The notes under the pieces: model-generated
The model's database searches: none
What the model saw: only the letters and a program-made list of their open reading frames with translations
Told to the model about the DNA's origin: nothing
DNA from: Oikopleura dioica
Lineage: Eukaryota > Animalia > Chordata
Assembly: GCA_907165135.1 (NCBI GenBank)
Contig: OU015566.1
Coordinates: forward strand, 2,604,001-2,668,000
DNA length: 64,000 nt
Reading direction: 5' to 3'
Translations under genes and position numbers: made by a program
Shown here: positions 11,986 to 24,107 of the stretch, one piece after another
How the letters are laid out: each line of letters starts with the position of its first letter
How positions within the stretch are numbered: the stretch's first letter is position 1

Positions 11986-12945
11986 TTCTTCCTTTTTTGC
12001 TCTTGGCGGAGTTGATTCGTGATATTTAAAGATAGCAATCACGAGGCTACCGGGCGGTGGTTGCGTAGTGAATTTAATTGTTTATCGTTTTTTGTCTTTC
12101 TGACTTTGATTGAAGGTTAGTTTGACGAGTAAATTGGCATTCGGAGAAAGATATATTTGAGCTTTTTCGACATTTTTCTTCAATTCTGAATCGATGGAAG
12201 AAGGAAAGAAACATGGAAAAACGTTCGTTTTGGGGTTTCTTGCTGACCAAAAGCAAATTATCACGCTGCTGCCTGCTTGCCGCTTTGCCTGATGGGAAAA
12301 TCGGCCCCTGTCGTTCAACTGTTTTGGAAACAAAATTCATCTCAATTTAATTAGAGAGAAAAATGATTGAAAACATCGCATCTTTGATTTTGCACAAAAT
12401 TTCTTTGAAAGTAGGAAGAAACGGACAATTTCACGGATTTGAGGATGATGCACTCAAGCTCTTTGTATTCCTGATTTACCCTGCTCTGGTGTTTGTTGCT
12501 GTTAGAATTGCTTCAAGAAATAAAATGAAATAAAAGGTCCAGTTTCAATATCTTTTATTCAAAGCTCAGGTTTATCAGTAAAAGTCGAAGAAAAATGAAG
12601 ACGTTTTCGCTAGTAATAAGGATTTTTGACGAATTCTTTTTCAATTCGTTTTCCTTGTGCGCGTTTTGCCCGTCCAAGGCTGATTTTTTCGCTGGATTTG
12701 ATGAAGAAATTCGGGACTCGGTATCTTCGAGACATCCTGAATTGATTTTTATTCATTTTATTCATAAATTTTTCTCAAAATTTACCTTAATTTTTTGTTG
12801 TCTCTATCTTTCCTCCTTTGATCGGACAATTCCAGCGCTAGAAAATCCGCAAAGTCGTAATATTCTTCTTCAAAAATTTCAAAATCGGTAAATTGCTTCA
12901 CCATTTTTTTCTTTTATCTGAAGTTAGCATGATGAACGCGGCGTT

Positions 12946-13590
12946 TTATAGCGCCAAGGCCACGAATGAAAATGATGAAAGGATGGCGCATGTTTTTCGA
13001 TGATTCTCGTAAGAGCGAGAGGTTTGGAGTGAGTAACGCGTGAGTTGGACTGGTGTTGATTCAATGGAACGGATGTGACTCATGATGAGCTTTGAGGACC
13101 CTTCAGGGCAGACGCATTGGAGAAGGGTCGAGTTGTTGGTTAAATATAATTGCATCGTCTTATTGAAGCTACTTGAAAAATGAAACATTCTAGTCAATTA
13201 AAAGTTCGTTGGTTCCAAATGAATCCCTTATCAGTGACACCGAAAGATTTGAAGTCAACAGAACTTGAATTTATCTTCATTTTCTTCCCTAATTTAAATA
13301 GCTACAAGCAATGTTAGAAATGATCGCATGTCTAAAGGTGCTAATCCCTGTCTTACTACAAATATTCTTCCCAATCTTAGAGCAGAAAAAGCATAAAAAT
13401 GATGAAGAAAATCGAAGGATCGTCAGTTTTAACCGGCAAAAAGCAATCTCATTCGATGCTGACTGCTGCTATCGAGGATTTTTTCAAGCCAAGCTCAGGT
13501 AAAAGCTCCTCGATGAGAATCTATCTTATCGAACCGGCGAAGGAGGGGCTGGGAACAACCAGTGTCCACAAATTTAATATCATCAATTGA
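12946..13590 (-). CDS. Possible small multi-exon secreted or GPI-anchored protein
   Basis: Last exon ends in a hydrophobic tail (TCAILSSFSFVALAL*); upstream exon-like segments at 13230-13590 could not be joined confidently. Confidence 0.3.
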
Positions 13591-14044
13591 AAGCAAAATC
13601 GATTCTTTTTTCATGAAAATGGATTCAAAAAGCAATTTTAAATATGAAAAAGAGGCAGAGAAATCAAACAGCTTTCCGGAGAGTTTTATGAAATAGCATG
13701 CGATTTATCGATCAAGACTTATTCTTTTAAAAACTCAGCAAATAGAAGCTTCTCAAAAACTATCTTGTAATGAGAAGAATGCAGCAGGATCAAGAAGAGT
13801 TCGACAAATCTCTCACATCGACAAGTAAATTCATGAAACATTTTCTCGTGAGGACGATGAAAAATTCTCACTGGGGCTGGAAATTCAGTAAAATAGCGAA
13901 TTCAGTAAACCGGAGTCAGGGCCCAAAAGATCTAAAAATGACGCGTAGCGGCTTTTTTACAACGAAGCCGCATTGCGCTTTGAAAGCGGCTTCCAAAGAA
14001 TTCGAGAAAAATCTCGCAGGGCCGCTTTGACGCGCTTTTTTTAA

Positions 14045-14604
14045 GGTGGTGGAAGTTTTCTAGCCCACTTCCGCCATACCTACCCTGGAACACCATACCT
14101 TTTCTGAATCCGCAGAAAATTTCAAGAATTTTGACCCATTAAAATTCTAGAAATCTCCACTTCCGGTCGATTCTAGAGCCGGAAGTTGACGAAATTTTCG
14201 AATATGCATAAAGTGTGACCCATCAAATTGATGCTCAGAAGATTCTGAATCATCTCATTATCGATTCATTCAAAGAAACTAGTCCGACCGCAGTCAAACC
14301 GACCGCCAAAACTACGAAAAAAGCATAAATTTATGAAATTTTTTTCAGTTTTTAGCGGTTGATTTGACCGTGGATGAGATTGATTCTTCTCTTAGATGAT
14401 AGAGAATCTTCTGAGAATCAATTTGATAGGCCACAAGTTGCCCATACTCCCGAATTTCGATGACTTCCGGCTCTAGAATCGACCGGAAGTGAAGATTTAT
14501 AGAATTTTAATGGGTCAAAATTCTTGAAATTTTCTGCTGATTCAGAAAAGGTATGGTGTTCCAGGGTAGGTATGGCGGAAGTGGGCTAGAAAACTTCCAC
14601 CACC
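14045..14604. mobile_element. Foldback MITE, ~200+-bp inverted arms, TTAA on both sides, GGTGGT termini
   Basis: TTAA at 14041-44 and 14605-08; GGTGGTGGAAGTTTTCTAGCCCACTTCCGCCATACC... is mirrored at the right end; symmetry extends to 14029-14620. Confidence 0.9.
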
Positions 14605-15130
14605 TTAAAAAAAGCGCGTCTTTGCTTTTCCGACCCTGACTGAAATTTACAGTAAATCATTTACTACATAGGCTGCCAGGCTCAGGACTTCGCCGACTCA
14701 AATTCGGATCACCCATTTAGAATGGGCCATTTTACAATTATTTCGACAAATATCCATTCTACCTTAAAATCTTTATTGTATTATCACGAATCTATCGGAC
14801 TTCCTCTCGAAATACCAGATGAAAATCCTCTAGGTGTAATTATGGTCTATTGCCAATAGACTAGTGGACTTTCGGAAAAAACAGGCTCCGAATTCCTCTG
14901 CGCCAAAAAATGTGGCGCGCCATTGGCCACCGCCGCCCAATCGCGTTTTTATCGACTTGGGGAAAATTGATTTTTCGCGTTTTTTGCTCTTTCCTCTGCT
15001 TATTTATCTTTTCGAGAAATCGCCCGATTCTTTCTTATTTTCTTTAGCTTTTCCTTCATTTAATCACCCGATTTTTTTCTCAAAAAAAAATCTTTCAAAT
15101 TTTTTAATTAAAAAAATGTCTTCAGAAAGC

Positions 15131-18100
15131 ATGACGGACTCAAAGTACTTCACGACAACGAAAAAGGGAGAAATCTTCGAGCTGCGAGCAGATCTCAATT
15201 CCGACAGAAAAGACAAAAAGAAAGATGCCGTTAAGAAAGTAATCGCGAGTATGACAGTCGGAAAGGATGTTTCGGCACTCTTTCCCGACGTCGTTAATTG
15301 CATGCAAACTGAGAACCTGGAATTGAAGAAACTCGTCTATTTATACTTGATGAATTATGCGAAAACGCAACCAGGACACGGGCTTTTTTGAAGAGAAAAA
15401 TAGTAGAACATCTAAACAGTAACTGTTTGAGTTGATTTGAGTATTTAGATTCTAAATTTTTGAAGAAAAAACATCTCTTCGGGCCAAATATATACTCGAA
15501 ACTATCTTTGATCAGCATTTTTTTCCGCTTTTATTGAGCCCGTCTTCAAGACATGACAATTATGGCTGTCAACACCTTCGTGAAAGACTGTGACGATCCC
15601 AACCCGCTTATCCGCGCTCTCGCTGTCCGAACAATGGGCTGCATCCGAGTGGACAAAATCACCGAATACCTCTGCGAGCCGCTCAGAAAATGCCTGAAAG
15701 ACGAGGACCCCTATGTTCGGAAAACCGCAGCAGTTTGCGTCGCCAAGTTATATGACATCTCCGCCGACATGGTTCAAGAACAGGGCTTCCTGGACGCGCT
15801 CAAGGACCTCCTCAGCGATTCAAATCCAATGGTCGTTGCAAATGCAGTTGCAGCACTCTCCGAAATCGGCAGGGATGATTTCTTGACAAAATCAGTCGTC
15901 AACAAGCTTTTAACCGCGCTAAACGAGTGCACCGAATGGGGACAGATTTTCATCCTCGACGCGGTGGCCGAATATCATCCAGCTGATCCAAGAGAAGCTC
16001 AAAGCATCTGCGAACGAGTTACTCCTCGTCTTTCTCATGCCAACGCCGCCGTTGTCCTCAGCACTATCAAAGTGCTCATGCGCTTCATGGAGCTCATTCC
16101 CGACGTCGATTACAAAACTGGACTTCTCCGAAAGCTTTCGCCGCCACTCGTTACTCTTCTCAGCTCCGAAGCTGAAGTACAATACGTCGCTTTACGAAAC
16201 ATCAATCTGATCGTCCAGAAACGCCCTGAAATTCTCAAGCACGAGATCAAGGTCTTCTTCGTAAAATACAACGATCCAATTTACGTCAAACTTGAGAAAC
16301 TCGACATTATGATCAGATTGGCTTCTCCTCACAACATCGCTCAGGTTCTTGCTGAATTGAGGGAGTACGCAACGGAAGTCGACGTCGATTTCGTCCGAAA
16401 AGCCGTCCGAGCTATTGGCAGATGCGCGATCAAAGTCGAAAACTCTGCTGAACGATGCGTGTCAACTCTGATCGAACTTATCCAGACAAAAGTCAACTAC
16501 GTCGTTCAAGAAGCAATCGTCGTCATCAAGGACGTTTTCCGAAAATACCCGAACAAGTACGAATCAATCATTGCGACGCTTTGCGAGAACTTGGACTCTC
16601 TTGATGAGCCAGAAGCTCGAGCAGCGATGGTCTGGATCATCGGAGAGTACGCGGAACGAATCGACAACGCGGATGAGCTTTTGGAATCGTTCTTGGATGG
16701 ATTTAATGATGAAGCGACGCAAGTTCAGCTTCAGCTGCTCACGGCTATTGTTAAATTGTTCTTGAAAAAGGTAAAGAATGCTTGCTTGGAAGGAAGAAAT
16801 AAGGGAAATAGACATTTTCCAAAAGTTTCGTCGTTTTTGCGGGTTTCACGGATGTTTTGAGCCATTTTTTGGATAGCTTACCGTCTTCTTTCTTTACCCA
16901 GCGCACTACAACTTTCTTTTCAGCCAAACGAGTGCCAGCAGCTTGTCCAAACCGTCCTCTCCCTCGCAACACAAGACTCCGACAACCCAGATCTCCGTGA
17001 TCGGGGCTACATCTACTGGCGTCTTCTCTCTACCGATCCAGCTGCGGCGAAAGACGTCGTCCTCGCCGAGCGACCTCTTATCAGCGACGAAACAGATCTG
17101 ATCGAACCTACTCTCCTTGACGAGCTCATTTGCCACATTTCCTCGCTAGCCAGTGTTTATCACAAACCGCCCTCGCTCTTTGTCGAGAACGAAAAACCAG
17201 TCGTCAAGACTCTCCGATCGGCAGCAGCTGCTGCTTCCACTCCTGATGCCGCTGCTGAAGCCAATGGATCAGCTGCCGAAGCTCCAGCTCCTACCATCAT
17301 TCCTTCCTCAAACAACCTCGTCGACGATCTTCTCGGTTTGGACCTTGGAGGAGGCAGCACTGCCGCCACTCCAAGTTACTCAGCTCCTCCACCAACTGGA
17401 GGAATGGATATCCTGGGCGGCGGGCTCGATTCCTTGCTTGACCTGGGAATCGGTGGTGGAGCTCCACCACCGCAGCAACAGGCGAATCCGGTCAATTCGA
17501 ACCCAATGGGAGCTGCTCCTCCCATGGGTGGAGGATTGCTTGATCTCATGGGTAACCAATCTATCGATTCTTTCTTAATTGATCATCCCCTTGTGTTATT
17601 TATTATTCCCCAATCAAACTCCTTGTTCAGGCGGAGGTGCTCCACCTCCAGCTCAGGCAGCACCAAGTCCTTATGGAGGTATGGGCGCGGACATCTTCGG
17701 CGGTTTGGGCGGTTCAACTCCAGCGGCTCCACCTGTAGAACTCGATACCTGGTGTAATGCACAAGCTTGTATGGGCCTAGAACTCAAGGGCAGAATCAAA
17801 CGGGAGAACAATCAGGTAACCCGAGTTTCCGAACCATTTTCGAGCTCTTCTTTATCCTTCAGATCAGGGTCTCGAAAAATTGGATGCGCGGCGGTTGTTT
17901 GAGCGCCCCCTCTCGCTTTCAACCCCCGCGCCCTAGATGTTTGCGCGAAAAAACAACGGTGGGCTGGATGTTGCGCCACCCTCCGCGGAGAGTTGTGCGC
18001 AACGGGAGCCGATTGTTAACAGCGGTCGCTCGGTTGTTCACCAACTGGTGCGCGGTCCTCGCCTAATAGAAATAAACAAATTAGTACCCTTAGTCCCTAT

Positions 18101-20319
18101 TTTAAATAAATGATTAAAATTTCATATGTGATTTATCAAAATAGATGTTATTATACCGTGGTTTTCCATTTTAAGAGCGCCCAATGTAAGAGCGTTTTCG
18201 CCAACATTTTGCAAATTATGTTATCTGCGAAAATTCCAATTTAAGAGCGTTTTTGAAGATTTTTATGCAATCAAAAAATTTTTAGACTCAAATAAATCAT
18301 TAACTAAAACGTGTAATCTCTGACTGCTTTTCCGGCCATTTTAAAGTCAATGGTTTGGCAGTGTCGGCTCCTTCTGTCATTTGAACTTGAGGTTCTTCTT
18401 CAATCTCCATCGCCGACGGACCATCATGGTCGGAGCTCTTTTGCTTTTAATCTGATTCCTAGATATTTAATTTACCTATTCCTACAAAGGCTAGAAAATG
18501 TACCCTGAGCCTCAGTGACTGAGGCATGTCTTCCCCATCATTTTCCTTCGGATTATCTATTAGATCTCCATGACAGTCTTTCTCCCATCCTTTCTTTTTG
18601 AGCCTTCACCAGAATCTGCGCATATTTTTTCTTCTAAGCCAAAGACATGTGTTTTTCTTTTCTTCTCCTGACATTTTCGTTGTTTAAATTTTGAAGAATG
18701 AAAGAGATCAGATTAAGAAAAAACGCTCGAGGAAAATCCTGAAAAAATCACTCACGTTCTCATCTTGATATACAAATACTTTTGCTTCTAGATCTTTTCT
18801 GTTTCATACTTTCGAAATTCCCTGAAAAATGAAAATAACCACTGTCATCCTATATCGATAGGAAAATTTCCAATTTAAGAGCGTTTTGAGCAAACCCTGT
18901 CATCTAAAAAACGCTCTTAAAATGGAAAACCACGGTACCTTTAAAATATTATTTTCTAATCGGCATTTTTCATGAAAATCTAAGAAACACTCATAAGAAA
19001 ATATTTCAGATCACTCCAGCTGCCTATTTAGGGATTTTATCGGGTAGACGCGGTGTTTGACCAGATGACTTCAGTCATCTTTCAGTTCATTTTCAGTTTC
19101 TCAAGTGTAAGTGGCAGTGCGCTAGTGCTTTGGGCGCTCCCCGAAAGGCCCCATAATCTCAGTGGGTGCACACTCTGACCTACTGTGACAAATATCACCG
19201 GGTGATCTAAACAAAACAGTTCTCGGAAGTGGTCAGCTTCCTTTTTACCAAAAAATATTGAATTCATAGGCAACAAGTACTTCTAAAATGTGCTAGTTAC
19301 TGTAAGCTGTATTTTGTGAGCTTTTCAATCATAAAAAAACTAATTGCCCGAATCTCAAAATAATTTTTACATATTCGTAATCAGCGGAAAAAGTTATATC
19401 TGGAGTCAAAGTTTCACCGAAATTGAACATTTTTGCATTTTCCTATAGCGTCACTTTCCCTTTGGCGCGAGCCTATTTTTCAAACATCCAGCCCAAATTG
19501 TTTTTGAAAGTGAACAACTAGCGCGCCGATGTTGAGAGCGAGAGGGGGCGCCCTCACAACCGCCCCACATCCAATTTTTCGAGACCCTGCTTCAGATCAT
19601 TATGGAAATGCAAATTACGAATAAAGGAATGCAACCGATGACCGACTTTGGAATTCAATTCAACAAAAACTCATTTGGTCTCTGGCCCAGTGGTCCGCTG
19701 TCCGTTCCTGCTGTTCAAGCCGGACAGACTGTCCCAACTCAGTTGATCCTGACGACTCAGGGTCAGGTGCAAAAGATGGATCCTTTGACAACGCTCCAAG
19801 TAGCGATAAAGAACAATCTAAAGGTGTTTTATTTTGCCACAGAAGTTCCACTTGAGGTCTTGTTTACTCCCGATGGAAAGATGGATCGACAAGGAAAAGG
19901 TTTAATTATCAGCTTTCGTGGATCTTAGCTAGAAGTTCTTGCCATGAAGAGCTCTGAAAATCTCATAAAAAGTATTCCTTGCGACGTGGAAAGACATACC
20001 CGCACAGAATGAATCATCATCAACGATTCCCTCGGCGGGAAATCTCGGTGCAGATGCAATCACGGCGAAATTGGAGAGTGCCAATGTTTTCAATGTTGCG
20101 AAAAGAAATGTGGAAGGAGTCGACATGCTCTACAACTCGTTTAAATTAACCAACGGCATTTGGTACGTCAACGAAAGTTTGACGGTTTTCTAGCATTTTA
20201 GGTGCCTTCTTGAGCTTCGAATCCAGCCGGGGTCTTCAGACGTCGTTCTCTCGCTAAAAGCCCGGCAGACGGAAATCTTCAAGTTTGGTCAAAAAGCAAT
20301 CGAGTCCATCCTCAAATGA
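15131..20319 (+). CDS. AP1B1/AP2B1: AP-1/AP-2 adaptor complex beta subunit (beta-adaptin)
   Basis: [18 protein letters not shown]...; [19 protein letters not shown]; [17 protein letters not shown]; ear domain [22 protein letters not shown]. Exons 15131-15374, 15551-16770, 16924-17551, 17631-17815, 19596-19893, 19973-20162, 20202-20319. Confidence 0.98.
17865..19589. mobile_element. hAT-like non-autonomous element with 8-bp TSD CTTCAGAT
   Basis: TIR CAGGGTCTCGAAAAATTGGATG (22 bp perfect, degenerate to ~110 bp); CTTCAGAT at 17857-17864 and 19590-19597; no transposase recognised. Confidence 0.92.
18156..18935. mobile_element. Tc1/mariner/pogo-type non-autonomous element nested in the hAT element
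   Basis: 24-bp TIR CCGTGGTTTTCCATTTTAAGAGCG; TA at 18154-55 and 18936-37; internal copies of TTTAAGAGCGTTTT. Confidence 0.88.
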
Positions 20320-20663
20320 AGATCTTTGAAAAAATCTCTTTATTAAAAGTATCTCCAACTCACAGCTTTTAATTTACACATTTATTCCTTCGTTTTTCGC
20401 GTGTATCGTCTTGTTTACTGTATATTTTACCCCTTATCATGTATTCTTTCAAGCAAGCCATTTCATGTGCAATTTCCAATTTTGTTTATCCGACTTTCTT
20501 CATTCTGGGTAATTTTGAGTTCAGAGCAATAAACTATTTATTCTCTCAATATAAACAATCGCTATTTCCGATACAAAATAGGTCTATCCATGAAAAAAGG
20601 ATTCTCATGTTAACAGGTTAATATTCATAGAAGGGTCTTCCAGACATAACAATCATTGGCTAA

Positions 20664-21634
20664 ATGTCTTTGATAATGAGGCCGACAAGGCCAGAGTCAG
20701 GGTATGAAAGCGTTGAAAATGGCGTCGCCAAGAACTGGGACGTCGATACCGGTAAAAAGAACGAAGAAGAAAGAGAAACGATATCTACCGCGAACGAGAG
20801 TGGCTCGACTAGCTCAAACCAGCCGCGCTCTCTCCTCGAAGCGTTAGAAATTCTAAAAGAAACAGAGGAGGAGAAGAAAGCACGGCTTGACATGGAAGAA
20901 AAAGTCAAAAACATGCTGGAGAACCTACCCTTTTATGTCAAACGCGTTGTCAGAACTCCTGTCAAGCCTCTAGGTAAGCTACTTTCAATTGAATCTTTCC
21001 TGTTGAATAGTAGGGAAGCTCTTAACCTAGGTTAAGAGTGCACTAGAGTGCTCTAGGAAAGATGAAATATTGAATGCCCCCAAGATCATATTTCAGACAA
21101 AAGTCTTCACTGCAAAGACTGCGATGTTTGGGTCAACTCTCCTACCCAGATGGAACAGCATCTCGGCTCGCTGCGCCATAAAAACACAGTCGCAGGGATT
21201 CCAGTACCTCCTCGTATAGATAAAATCGAGCCTGTCAAGCCGAAGTCAATCTACCAGTACAAATGCGAGCTGTGCCACAATACGCTCAACTCGGAAGTGC
21301 AGCTTTATCAGCACTTGTGCAGCCAAAGACATTTAGCGGCTCTAGAGGGTAAACCACCAAAACGCAGATGGGTTCCGTATGAGCAATTCCGGGCGCATAA
21401 AATAATCCAAGCCAGACTCGTAAGTGTCCACCTCTCAAGACCACAGGGCTTATTCCATAAATTCAGAGACAGCAGTCTGCATACACCGTCGCTTACCAGC
21501 CGATTCTCATGCCCAACTTTACGAACTTGCAGATAGGCCAACTCGGGCAGTTGCAACAGGGAGCGATGCAAAATGTCCAAAACGTACCCCAATTGTCCTT
21601 ACCCCCTGGAATGCCGTTCGATCAGTTTATGTAA
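20664..21634 (+). CDS. Matrin/U1-type C2H2 zinc-finger protein (ZNF385/ZMAT-like)
   Basis: CKDCDVWVNSPTQMEQHLGSLRHK and CELCHNTLNSEVQLYQHLCSQRH fingers; Gln-rich C-terminal exon ending ...PGMPFDQFM* at 21634. Confidence 0.85.
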
Positions 21635-21966
21635 CTTTGACAACCACTGCTACTCGATTATTTTTTTTTCAATACTTTATCTACACGCTCAGCCCACTCG
21701 TTCTGAAATTGTCAATTGTTCAAGGTTCTCTACCTACTATTTATTATTTTGTAGGTATTTGCTAGATTCCTGCCCACAAATTTTTCTCTGCTAGGGATGT
21801 CCATGATATTTGGAGAACTGCCGAACCCTCAAAAGAAACATATCGAGTATTTTGCACAGCCACACTCTCCTGTTCAATTGGGCGCCACTTATTTTCTAAT
21901 AATTGAAATTTTTGCCACAAGAAATTCTAAAGCATCTTCGATTTGCAGATTTGAAAAAGAAATAAG

Positions 21967-22445
21967 ATGCGTTTTGGCATTTCCCTTCGGAATTACTCGA
22001 TCCGACTCGACCCAAGAAAATTCAAAATTGCAGAAAAATCAGCTGCTGGAGAACTCTCCATCGTTTCCAAAATTGATCTGGGCGTTCAAGCCAGCATTCC
22101 CTACCAAATCAAGATGACCGGCGAGAATGGGAAGCCGTTTTACTTTGCTGGGCAGATTCACGCTGTTTCGAAGAAAAATCTCGTCGGAATCGCGGGAGAA
22201 ATCGACGAAGGGAGCGAAACGGGGTTTATTTATGATGAAAAGAATGAAGATCATTTGGGCGATCTTTTCAACAAGGTAAGTTCTTCTGAGTGGCTGGAAT
22301 TGAAGTTATTATTTAGGATGATCTTTCGAAAAATGTATTCGGCTGCGAAACCGCCTTCAAAGAAGTAGAATACGATCTCGTTTTCGATGGTTCCTCTGAA
22401 AAAGCTGTTATTCACTCAATTGAGGGTCAAATTCAACTGACATAA
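21967..22445 (+). CDS. Small putative mitochondrial cold-shock/OB-fold-like protein, paralog 1
   Basis: Arg/Ser-rich acid-free N-terminus MRFGISLRNYSIRL; ...GFIYDEK...; intron after NK (22277); last exon ...KEVEYDLVFDGSSEKAVIHSIEGQIQLT*. Confidence 0.6.
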
Positions 22446-22480
22446 AATTCCGTCTTCCGTTTTGATTGTTTATCCTGAAG

Positions 22481-23403
22481 CTAGGTTCAACAAATCGAAA
22501 TCCGATGCCCGGAAAACCCGATATCGGATCGGATATTTATCGGGTTTTGTCGGGTTTTTTTTCACCCTACAAAACCCGATCCTGAAAATTTCAAACAACC
22601 CGACGTAGGATCGGGTTTTTGTCGGATTTTGTCGGAATTTCGTCGGGTTTTTCTTGCCTTTTCAGCCAATCACAGTCGGTCTAAATAGCCTCCCTTGCCC
22701 TTTTTTACTCAAAAAGCACTCGAAATAGATGAGTACTGCCTCCAAAACCGAATAAAGGCATAGAACGAGCTCTAGAGGACATTTACATTAATCTTACCAA
22801 AGATAATCTTCTGGCGATTGAGAGAATGAAATTCAGCGAGGTCCCTGGCAATCAGCGATCCATTTCGAGGGCAGAATTTCAGAGAACGCCTGAGCTTGAA
22901 GGCCTTAGCAGAACAGTCTTTTAGGTTAACGCCCACTATTTTCAACCCCATGGGTTATTTAAAGTCATGTGACCTCGGCAAGGCCTAACCCCCTAAACTG
23001 CAACTCAGCAAGGTCCAAGCTTTCTAAACATATAAAGAGGGTTTGGATTATTTATTCTATATTCTACCGTATTACTAATAATACGGTTTTAGACGAGGCG
23101 TTTTTATTGTATAAGGAGATGCACAATGGGAAAATGCACATTCTAAATAATATTATTAATGATCCTCGAAAATTGCTGAAAAAATCTGCTCAAGATAAGT
23201 TATTGACCTTCTTTTGACTTGATTTTTTTTTATTTTTGCTTGTAGGAAACCCGACAAAAATCCAACAAAAACCCGATAAAAACCCGATTTCGGACCCGAC
23301 AAAAACCCGATAAAATCCAACAAAACCCGATCCAACAAAACCCGACCTCCTAAAAAACCCGATAAAACCCGATCTTGGTTTCGGGCGATTTTGTTGAACC
23401 TAG
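22481..23403. mobile_element. Non-autonomous DNA transposon (hAT-like) with subterminal AAAACCCGA arrays
   Basis: TIR CTAGGTTCAACAAA(A)TCG; 8-bp flanks TCCTGAAG (22473-80) and TGCTGAAG (23404-11); many AAAACCCGA(T/C) or TCGGGTTTT copies near both ends. Confidence 0.85.
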
Positions 23404-23427
23404 TGCTGAAGGAAAGCTGTTTGTAGA

Positions 23428-24057
23428 ATGAGCATATTGCGAGCAACCAGATTTTTGACGAGGAGAAGCTCTTCGTTCATCCTCGGCGAGCTGAAAAACG
23501 GCGAAATTGTCGAAGCAAAATTGCCGAATGTTCCTCATTTGTCTCTTAATTTCCCAGGTACAGTTTTCTCTGTATCTTTGCTCGGTTTCATGTGTACAAA
23601 ACCTGAATCAGGACATTTTAATAAAAGGTGCATGGCGCTCTTTCAAGACCCTGACTCAGGTTTTGTACACAGAAAGTAGGAGCTCTGAGTCAGAGCCTCT
23701 GACTGCAAGGAATCGTGTTAACCTTGTTTCTAGTTGAGCTCGAAGGAGAGGGAGAAGCCTGGCTACTTGGGAAGACCTTTCCAATTTTGGCGGAAGATGT
23801 AATGGGAACAATTATTGAAACGCCGACACAAGGACCTGGCTTGATAAAAGTAGAAAATGATGAACACGATGATACAGTTTTCTTCATGGTAAGAAAAGTA
23901 ATCGTTTCTCAAGTGCTTACCATGTGTGTAGCAAGATGTCCCGCTGTATCTCCGCCCAGAAGAAGTAGAAAGCCTGGCAGGAGCGAAAGTAAAATTCGAC
24001 CTCGTGAAGACACGAAAATCAACGAAAGCTTTTATTACAGATATTGTTTTGCCCTGA
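23428..24057 (+). CDS. Small putative mitochondrial cold-shock/OB-fold-like protein, paralog 2
   Basis: Spliced: MSILRATRFLTRRSSSFILGELKNGEIVEAKLP...GPGLIKVENDEHDDTVFFMQDVP...GAKVKFDLVKTRKSTKAFITDIVLP*; three GT-AG introns. Confidence 0.65.
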
Positions 24058-24107
24058 TCCCTCGATATCCCTATCAAACTTCTCTTTGACGTCAACCTTT
24101 CTATAGA

